Of a DNA stretch of 64,000 nt, positions 48,570 to 55,450 are shown piece by piece. Made by a program: the position numbers and the translations under genes. The notes below the pieces were generated by a model. The model was not told the DNA's origin. It searched no databases and saw only the letters and a list, made by a program, of their open reading frames with translations. This DNA is from an uncultured Acidobacteriota bacterium (lineage in GTDB: Bacteria; Acidobacteriota; Vicinamibacteria; Vicinamibacterales; UBA2999), in NCBI GenBank assembly GCA_963846425.1, contig CAWJVW010000002.1, positions 265,667 through 329,666 on the forward strand. Direction: 5' to 3'. The stretch's first letter is position 1. The number at the start of each line of letters is the position of its first letter.

Positions 48570-49121
48570 TCAGCCCCCTGGCGGTTTGCGAGGTGAGTTT
48601 TGGCGATTCGGGTTGGCCTGCCGTGCCCGCCCGATGAGCTCGAGCTTGCGGCGCTCGATCTGCTCCTCGAACACACGAAAGCGCGCCTGCTGACGCACGT
48701 CGAGGACTTCGTCGATTCCCTCGTAGGCCCGCCGCAGTTCGGCGGCTGACCGAGCTTCGAGTTCCTGCAACGCGACGAGACGCTCCTTGAGGTCGCTGTC
48801 CGGCACATTTGGGCGAACGACTCGGGGATTGGTCAGCCGCTGGAGCTCGGCGATCAGTCGATTCCGCTCTTGGAGATTACGTCGCCGCGTGTCCTGAAGC
48901 ACGCGTAGCCGAGTCAGGAATCGCGCATATTGCTGCTCAGTGAGCGACAGGGCTTCCTGCGCTTGCATCACCAGCATCGCGTCGAATAGTTGCTGAACCT
49001 GGCCGGGCCTCATGTCCACGGGCTGGTCCGGCAGACCTTGGGCGGAGGGCTGGGCAACCGCGCCGGAGTGCACGGAGACCAGCACGGCCACGAGCAGAAG
49101 ACGCGACGTCATCGAGGCCAT
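48570..49121 (-). CDS. periplasmic LTXXQ-motif (Spy/CpxP-like) protein
   Basis: Signal peptide MASMTSRLLLVAVLVSVHSGAVAQ, LSLTEQQ motif, helical and R/Q/E-rich. The start is 1 nt after the anti-sigma stop. Confidence 0.65.
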   Translation of the reverse strand: MASMTSRLLLVAVLVSVHSGAVAQPSAQGLPDQPVDMRPGQVQQLFDAMLVMQAQEALSLTEQQYARFLTRLRVLQDTRRRNLQERNRLIAELQRLTNPRVVRPNVPDSDLKERLVALQELEARSAAELRRAYEGIDEVLDVRQQARFRVFEEQIERRKLELIGRARQANPNRQNSPRKPPGG

Positions 49122-49122
49122 T

Positions 49123-49680
49123 CTATCCGCCTGGTTGCTGCAGCTCTTGACGCAACAGGCGCACAAGCTCCTCCCGCTCGGAGGCAGTCATCAGCAGTAC
49201 CGCTTCTTCGGCAGCCCCGGGAGAGGCGGCGATGCCGGCCTGCTGCGCTGTCTCGACATCAAGTGGTCCGACGAGATCAGAAAGAAATGCCCATGCAGAA
49301 TCCGGCGCCCCTTCCAATGCAATCTGAGTGACGGCGGCCTCGTCACCGGAGTCCTGTGGCAGGACTGCGGACACCAGTGCGAGCACGAGGACGGCAAGAC
49401 CGGTAAACGGCACGAGCACGGGCCATCGCCACCCTCGAATCCCGCGCCACGACTCTCTCTGGTCGGCAGCGACCGCTTCCCGGACACGATCCGAGAGCCG
49501 GTCCCAGAATAGCGGGGACGGCTCGGGCACCTCGGCCTGCCGCGCGATGCTCAACGCAGCCGTGAGCTGCGCGGCCGTGGCGCGACACTCCGCGCACGAT
49601 CCCAGGTGCGCACGTTCGGTCTCCGTGAGCGATGTTTGCTCGACGACGTTGAGGATCTGATCAGGCGTGAGATGCCTCAC
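49123..49680 (-). CDS. membrane-anchored zinc-finger anti-sigma factor
   Basis: N-terminal HLGSCAECRATAAQL (H-x3-C-x2-C) and a central TM segment WRWPVLVPFTGLAVLVLALVSAV. 4-nt overlap with the sigma gene. Confidence 0.75.
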   Translation of the reverse strand: MRHLTPDQILNVVEQTSLTETERAHLGSCAECRATAAQLTAALSIARQAEVPEPSPLFWDRLSDRVREAVAADQRESWRGIRGWRWPVLVPFTGLAVLVLALVSAVLPQDSGDEAAVTQIALEGAPDSAWAFLSDLVGPLDVETAQQAGIAASPGAAEEAVLLMTASEREELVRLLRQELQQPGG

Positions 49681-50360
49681 GGCTCGCTCCCAAGGGTCTT
49701 CTTCAAATTCTTCAATGCGTGAAAAAAGTTGGCCTTCACGGCGCCAACCGAACTACCGAGGATCTCCGCGATCTGCTTATGCGACAACTCCTGATACACG
49801 CGCAAAATCAGTGTTGCCCGCTGCCTCTCGGGAAGTTCCGCAATCGCGCGACGCACCGCCAGCGCGCGCTCGCCCCGAATCAAGTCCGCGCCCGGCGCTT
49901 CGGCATATTGATCGACCAAGCGATCTGCCTCGAGCGGCTCCATCTCTGGCCTTTTCACGTTCGCACGGTTGAGGCACGCGTTGACCGTGATCCGGTACAG
50001 CCACGTGGCCAGGGCCGACTCCCCTTTAAAGGTTTTCAGACCTCGCCACGCCCTGACAAACGCCTCTTGCGACAAGTCGCTGGCGTCTTCGTGGTTGCCG
50101 GCAAAGCGATAACAGACCTGATAAACCGTGCGTCGATGACGCGCCACGATCACATCAAACGCCGCCCTCTCGCCCTCCAGACACGCGGCGACGAGCGAGG
50201 CGTCGTCAAGATCGTCGAACGACCCGCCCTGGCCAAGGCTCCGGCGGTCAGGCGCGGAAGATGCGGCGGCCCGCGCGTCAGGCTCGACCACTCTTACCGT
50301 CCACCTTCGAGGTCCTGCGATCGCCAGAGACCAGGTGCCAACTGCGGATCCATCTGCCAT
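49677..50360 (-). CDS. ECF-type RNA polymerase sigma factor
   Basis: Regions 2 and 4 (DASDLSQEAFVRAW; LSHKQIAEILGSSVGAVKANFFHALKNLK). The N-terminal ~45 aa are uncertain and the start may be further downstream. Confidence 0.85.
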   Translation of the reverse strand: MADGSAVGTWSLAIAGPRRWTVRVVEPDARAAASSAPDRRSLGQGGSFDDLDDASLVAACLEGERAAFDVIVARHRRTVYQVCYRFAGNHEDASDLSQEAFVRAWRGLKTFKGESALATWLYRITVNACLNRANVKRPEMEPLEADRLVDQYAEAPGADLIRGERALAVRRAIAELPERQRATLILRVYQELSHKQIAEILGSSVGAVKANFFHALKNLKKTLGSEP

Positions 50361-50428
50361 GTCGCGGCGACTCTTCGTTGAATTAGACCTCTCTCCGCGA
50401 GCAAGGTTGTATTAGTAGCAGAGAATTG

Positions 50429-50457
50429 TTGACTTTCGCCTTTTGTTTGTTTACTCT
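50429..50457 (+). promoter_or_regulatory. candidate lexA promoter (TTGACT, N17, TACTCT) in an AT-richer patch
   Basis: Hexamers read directly, about 75 nt upstream of the lexA GTG. Confidence 0.3.
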
Positions 50458-50531
50458 CCGGCTGACCTGTGGCTTTGAGGTTTCTTCGCCCAGGAAGCTC
50501 GACGTTAAAACGGTCTTTCGAAGGAGGAGCC

Positions 50532-51140
50532 GTGCAGCCGCTCACCAAACGTCAACGCGAGATTCTCGACTACCTCAACGAGTTCATCCAGCAGCACGGC
50601 TACGCACCCAGTCTGGAAGAGATTGGCCGCAAGTTCACGCTGTCGTCTCTTGCCACGGTTCACAAGCACCTCACCAACCTGCAAGAGAAGGGTTTCATTC
50701 GCCGGGCTTGGAATCGGAGCCGCTCGGTGGAACTGCTGCCTAGCCGTGCCGCCGGACGTGCGGTCGAAGTCCCACTGCTTGGCTACGTCGCAGCCGGCAT
50801 GCCGATCGAAGCCGTCGCAGGTACGGAGAGCATCGCGATTCCTGAATCGCTTCTGAGCGGCAAGCGCGATACCTATGTGCTCCGCGTTCGGGGCGATTCG
50901 ATGATTGACGAGCAAATCCGGGATGGTGACTGGGTCGTGGTGGAAGACCGGAAGTCGGCCGACAACGGCGAGATGGTGATTGCGCTGGTTGGCGGGCAGG
51001 ACGCCACGCTCAAAAAGTTTTACAAGGAGAATGGCCGCATTCGATTGCAACCCGCCAATCCGGCGATGCAGCCAATCTTCGCGGACCTGGACAACGTGCA
51101 GATACAAGGAGTCGTCGTCGGAGTGATGCGCAAGTACTGA
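50532..51140 (+). CDS. lexA: LexA repressor
   Basis: N-terminal winged helix LTKRQREILDYLNEFIQQHGYAPSLEEIG and S24 peptidase motifs GDSM and TLKKF. In-frame GTG 50532 has AGGAGG 5 nt upstream and gives a typical ~200-aa LexA. Confidence 0.93.
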   Translation: MQPLTKRQREILDYLNEFIQQHGYAPSLEEIGRKFTLSSLATVHKHLTNLQEKGFIRRAWNRSRSVELLPSRAAGRAVEVPLLGYVAAGMPIEAVAGTESIAIPESLLSGKRDTYVLRVRGDSMIDEQIRDGDWVVVEDRKSADNGEMVIALVGGQDATLKKFYKENGRIRLQPANPAMQPIFADLDNVQIQGVVVGVMRKY

Positions 51141-51154
51141 CGTACACTTGCGTC

Positions 51155-51481
51155 ATGTCAGAGCGCAAGCAAATCAACTTCACTATCGTGCCCGATGACA
51201 ATGGGTCGGGCCCGGAACGGGTGTACGCCAACTTCTGCGGTGTCGCCCACACGCCGTTCGACTTTACGCTGACCTTCTGCGAGGTCATGCCGCTCTCCGA
51301 AAAGGAGATTCGCGAGGCCGAAGCAGACCACACGGTCCGCGCGCCCGTGAAAGCACGCATCGTGATGCCCGTCCAGTTCGTGCCCACCCTCGTGGCGGCG
51401 TTGCAGGAAAACCTGCGGATTTTTTCGGAATCCCACGCACCGCAGCAAGCGCCGGCCCCCGGCAAAGGCCCCGTTCACTAG
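51155..51481 (+). CDS. DUF3467-family protein
   Basis: 108 aa with YANFCGVAHTPFDFTLTF, characteristic of DUF3467. 14 nt downstream of lexA. Confidence 0.7.
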   Translation: MSERKQINFTIVPDDNGSGPERVYANFCGVAHTPFDFTLTFCEVMPLSEKEIREAEADHTVRAPVKARIVMPVQFVPTLVAALQENLRIFSESHAPQQAPAPGKGPVH

Positions 51482-51559
51482 CGAAGCTCCGCCCCGAACC
51501 GCCGACCCAAGGCTCCGCTTCGCTCATCCAGTGTTGTTTTGCCCCGCTCCGCGGGGCGA

Positions 51560-51623
51560 GACATCTTCTAAGGCCCGGCGAAAACTTGCTTTAATTGTCA
51601 CTACTATGACCTTAGAAGATGTC
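51560..51623 (+). promoter_or_regulatory. 14-bp perfect inverted repeat GACATCTTCTAAGG (51560-51573) / CCTTAGAAGATGTC (51610-51623) enclosing the nth start codon
   Basis: The right arm contains ATG 51619-51621. The 36-nt spacer is AT-richer than its surroundings. Confidence 0.6.
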
Positions 51624-52380
51624 TAAGGGAATCGTGAAGTCGCGTCAGGTCGCGCGCCGCGTTTTCGCCGCGCTCGAGCGGCATTATCCAGACGCCGACA
51701 CCGAGCTGAATTACCGCACGCCGTTCGAGTTGCTGGTAGCCACGATCTTGTCGGCCCAGTCCACGGATCAGCGCGTGAATCTCGTGACACCTGATTTGTT
51801 CGCGCGTTACCCCGATGCCGATCGAATGGCGTGTGCCAATCCCGAAGATCTGGAGCCGATCATCATGTCCACCGGCTTCTTTCGTCAGAAGTCGCGCTCC
51901 CTCGTGGGGATGGCAGCGGCTCTCGTCGAGCATCACGCGGGACAGGTGCCCGCGGACATGGACGCGCTCGTCAAGCTGCCTGGAGTTGGACGAAAAACAG
52001 CCAACGTCGTCCTGGGTCATGCGCTCGGTGTTCCCGGCTTTCCGGTCGATCGGCACGTCTTGCGCGTGACCAATCGTCTCGGGCTGGTCCACAGTGAAGA
52101 CCCCGAGAAAGTCGAATCGGCGCTATGCGCGTACTTGTCGCCAGAGCGTTGGACGAAAGCCTCCGACACGCTGATCCTTCACGGACGCCGCATTTGTCGT
52201 CCGACCCCGCTTTGCGAGCGATGTAACGCGCGGAAGGATTGTGACTTCTATCTGCGCGGAGGAATGGTGGTCCGGGCAGGAACTGGAAAGGCACAAGGTA
52301 CAAGGCAGAAGGCAGGCACAAGGCAGAAGGCACAAACCACGAGGCAGAAGGCACCAGGCAAGAGGCCCAGCAAGCGATGA
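51619..52380 (+). CDS. nth: endonuclease III (Nth) with a repeat-encoded basic C-terminal tail
   Basis: HhH motif LPGVGRKTANVVL and [4Fe-4S] motif CRPTPLCERCNARKDC. The last ~35 codons ([33 protein letters not shown]) are the translated AAGGCAN array. Confidence 0.9.
   Translation: MSKGIVKSRQVARRVFAALERHYPDADTELNYRTPFELLVATILSAQSTDQRVNLVTPDLFARYPDADRMACANPEDLEPIIMSTGFFRQKSRSLVGMAAALVEHHAGQVPADMDALVKLPGVGRKTANVVLGHALGVPGFPVDRHVLRVTNRLGLVHSEDPEKVESALCAYLSPERWTKASDTLILHGRRICRPTPLCERCNARKDCDFYLRGGMVVRAGTGKAQGTRQKAGTRQKAQTTRQKAPGKRPSKR
52288..52368. repeat. heptamer array (AAGGCAN)x11, lying inside the 3' end of the nth ORF
   Basis: aaggcac aaggtac aaggcag aaggcag gcac aaggcag aaggcac aaaccac gaggcag aaggcac caggcaa gaggccc. 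Confidence 0.9.
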
Positions 52381-52788
52381 CGCGAGAGCGGTTCAGGGAG
52401 TTGGTCCAGCAAGCCATCGACACCATTCCGCGACGCTTTGCCCGCGAGATTCGCAATGTCGCAATCGTGATCGAAGATCGGCCGTCGCCTGAACTCCTCG
52501 CCGACATGGAGATGGGACCCGACGAAATCCTGCTCGGGCTTTATCAAGGTGTGCCTCTGACAGAGAGGCCTTGGGGGCACGGCAACGCAGCTGCCCGACC
52601 GCATCACTTTGTTTCAGCGCGAGATTGAAGAGGATTGCGAGGACGACGACGAGGAAATTGTCGCGGCCGTCGGGGAAACGTTGATCCACGAGCTGGGCCA
52701 CTACTTTGGCTTGAGCGAAGAAGAGATCATGGACATCGAAGAGCGATACTGGCGCGGCGACGCATTCGAAGGCGAGCCGTCCTCGTGA
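52377..52788 (+). pseudogene. zincin-like (DUF1025-type) metallopeptidase, reading frame broken by +1 shift between 52561 and 52626
   Basis: The N-part (MTRERFRELVQQAIDTIPRRFAREIRNVAIVIEDRPS...GLYQGVPLTER) is in frame 0. The C-part (QLPDRITLFQREIE...TLIHELGHYFGLSEEEIMDIEERYW) is in frame +1 ending at TGA 52786-52788. A G5 run at 52573-52577 is the likely indel site. Confidence 0.8.
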
Positions 52789-53588
52789 AGCCGCGGAAGC
52801 GCTTCGGCCAGCACTTTCTCGAACCCATGTGGGTCGCCAAGCTTGTCGCCGCAATCGCCCCTTCGCCCACTGACCGCTTTCTCGAGATTGGCCCAGGCCA
52901 TGGAGCAATTACCGGTCCTCTGGCTGAGAGGGTCGCCAAACTGCTCGCGGTGGAAGTCGATCGCGATCTGGCAACGGCCCTCCAACGACGCGCCCTTCCC
53001 AATGTGACAGTCATTGAGGCCGATGTGCTCGACGCGGACCTCGGCGAACTCGTGAGACGCGAATTGGACGCGACATCTGAGAGTACAGTCCGTGTCGCGG
53101 GCAATCTCCCCTACAACATCTCATCGCCGATTCTCTTCCGCCTGCTCGATGCCGCTACCACCGGCCTCCTGCGGGATGCGACGCTCATGCTGCAGAAAGA
53201 GGTTGCGGACCGACTCCTGGCGCGGCCCTCGACGCGCGAGTACGGCGTGCTGACGCTGATGACGGCGTTGGGCGCAGACGTGAAACGACTGCTCGAATTA
53301 CCGCCCGGCGCGTTCCGCCCGCCGCCCAAGGTTCGCTCCGCTGTCGTTGGGCTCTCGTTCCGGCCAGCGCCCGCGGATGTTCACCACCCCCAACTCGTCA
53401 TTGAGATCGTGAGGAGCATCTTTACCCAGCGGCGGAAGATGTTGTCGAATGCGTTGGCGCCGCTTGCGACTCGTCGGGGGACTACGGCTCAGGAGGCGCT
53501 GGACCGGGCTGGGCTGGATTCCCGCCGACGCCCGGAAACGCTCGAGCTATCCGAGGTCGCGCGTCTGGCTGATGTGTTTGCACGCTAA
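52785..53588 (+). CDS. rsmA: 16S rRNA (adenine1518/1519-N6)-dimethyltransferase RsmA/KsgA
   Basis: VKPRKRFGQHFL start motif, SAM motif EIGPGHGAIT. GTG 52785 overlaps the upstream stop (GTGA). The longer track N-terminus is an out-of-frame read of the peptidase gene. Confidence 0.9.
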   Translation: MKPRKRFGQHFLEPMWVAKLVAAIAPSPTDRFLEIGPGHGAITGPLAERVAKLLAVEVDRDLATALQRRALPNVTVIEADVLDADLGELVRRELDATSESTVRVAGNLPYNISSPILFRLLDAATTGLLRDATLMLQKEVADRLLARPSTREYGVLTLMTALGADVKRLLELPPGAFRPPPKVRSAVVGLSFRPAPADVHHPQLVIEIVRSIFTQRRKMLSNALAPLATRRGTTAQEALDRAGLDSRRRPETLELSEVARLADVFAR

Positions 53589-53746
53589 ACGCTTGGCCAT
53601 GCTATAGTTTCGGGCCAACCCGCCCCGTTTTTTCCAGGCTTTCCCAGCAGCCTGAAGCAGCCAGTTTCATTTGACGCTCGAGGTCTGTCCGCAGGGCGCT
53701 GACGCTGGTTTTTCGGTCCAGGCATGTCGCCTGGCTGGGACTTGCG

Positions 53747-55447
53747 ATGAGTGTGTCGATGGACGCCGCGGCTTCGCCCGGCGCTTCCGCCGTGGATGTG
53801 GTGCCGCTGGGCGGTTTAGGCGAGTTCGGCCTCAATTCGATGGCCATCTCGTGTGGAGATACCACTGTCGTCATCGACGCCGGCTCGATGTTTCCCGAGC
53901 CGGACCTGCCTGGCGTGGATCTCATCGTTCCCGACCTGACGTACCTCGAAGCGCGTCGCGGCCAGGTCAAAGCGCTCATCCTGACGCACGGGCACGAGGA
54001 CCACATTGGCGGCGTGCCTTATCTGCTGCCGATCGTCGATGGCCCGCTCTACGGCACTCCGCTGGCGCTGGCGCTCGTCGAACCGAAGCTGGAAGAGCAT
54101 GGCGTTCGGACGCCGCATGGCATCAAGGCCGTCAAGCCAGGCGATGTGCTCGACATCGGGCCCTTTCAAATCGAATTCATTCGCGTCACCCACAGCATGC
54201 CCGACTGCGTCGCTGTCGTCGTACGCACCCCGCACGGGGTGCTGCTCCACACGGGCGATTTCAAAATCGATCAGACGCCGCTCGCCGGGGAGCCATTCGA
54301 CCTCCACCGCTTTGCGCAGCTGGGAGCGGAAGGCGTAGCCGTGATGTTCGGGGACAGCACGAACATCGATCGCCGCGGATATACGGGCTCAGAGCTCGAC
54401 GTCGAACCGGCCTTCGAAGAGATCTTTACGAGCACTGAGGGAAAGCTGGTGGTCGCGACGTTTGCGTCGAGCCTCTATCGGCTGCAGATCCTGACGAATC
54501 TGGCGGTTCAATTCGATCGGAAGGTCGCGTTCGTTGGGCGCGGCATGAACGAGAACTCCCAGATCGCACAGAAGCTCGGGCACCTACGAGTGCCGGCGGG
54601 TACGCTGATTCGTGACAGCGACGTGCCGAGCCATCCGTCTCAAGACGTGCTGTGCCTCGTCACCGGTTCGCAGGGCGAGGCCAATGCCGCGCTCTCGCGA
54701 ATTGCGATTGACGATCATCGGTTCGTCAAGCTTGCGCCCCTGGATCGCGTGGTCATCTCCGCGCGCGCGATCCCCGGCAATGAGAAGGCGATCGGCCGCG
54801 TGATGAATCACGTCGCCCGCCGCGGCGTGGACGTCGTGACCGAGGCGACCAAGCACGTCCATGTGTCGGGGCACGGCGCCGAAGAAGAGCTGAAGCTCCT
54901 GCTCGCGCTCGTGCGACCGAAATACTTTGTACCGATTCACGGCGAGTATCGGCAGCTGGCGCGGCATGCCCGTGTAGCCGAGCTGGTGCTCGGAGGATTG
55001 CCAACCTCAGTGGACGTCATTACGGCTGAGAACGGCGATGTGATTCGCGTCGATCACGACGGTGCCCGCATCGCCGACAAGGCGCCGACGGGCCGAGTGC
55101 TCATCGATGGAACCCGCGTAGGGGAAGTGGGCGACGAAGTGCTTCGAGATCGGCGTCATTTGGCCGCGGACGGCGTCATGGTACCGGTGGTCGCGATCAA
55201 CCGGCAGACGGGCGCGATCGATACGGTCCCGGAGATCATCGCGCGCGGATTCGTCACCGACGACGACTCGGACGCCCTGCTGGCAGAAGGTGCGCGTCAC
55301 ATTTCTCAGGTCATCGCCGAGGCCTCTGTCGAAGAGCGCACGGACCCCGGCCTCATCCACGAAAAGATTCGAACCGAATTGCGGCGGTTCATCCGCAAAC
55401 GGACTGGCCGGCGGCCGATGGTCTTGCCGGTTGTGATGGAGATCTGA
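53747..55447 (+). CDS. rnj: ribonuclease J
   Basis: Metallo-beta-lactamase motif LTHGHEDHIGG, beta-CASP and C-terminal domain, 566 aa. Confidence 0.9.
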   Translation: MSVSMDAAASPGASAVDVVPLGGLGEFGLNSMAISCGDTTVVIDAGSMFPEPDLPGVDLIVPDLTYLEARRGQVKALILTHGHEDHIGGVPYLLPIVDGPLYGTPLALALVEPKLEEHGVRTPHGIKAVKPGDVLDIGPFQIEFIRVTHSMPDCVAVVVRTPHGVLLHTGDFKIDQTPLAGEPFDLHRFAQLGAEGVAVMFGDSTNIDRRGYTGSELDVEPAFEEIFTSTEGKLVVATFASSLYRLQILTNLAVQFDRKVAFVGRGMNENSQIAQKLGHLRVPAGTLIRDSDVPSHPSQDVLCLVTGSQGEANAALSRIAIDDHRFVKLAPLDRVVISARAIPGNEKAIGRVMNHVARRGVDVVTEATKHVHVSGHGAEEELKLLLALVRPKYFVPIHGEYRQLARHARVAELVLGGLPTSVDVITAENGDVIRVDHDGARIADKAPTGRVLIDGTRVGEVGDEVLRDRRHLAADGVMVPVVAINRQTGAIDTVPEIIARGFVTDDDSDALLAEGARHISQVIAEASVEERTDPGLIHEKIRTELRRFIRKRTGRRPMVLPVVMEI

Positions 55448-55450
55448 CAC

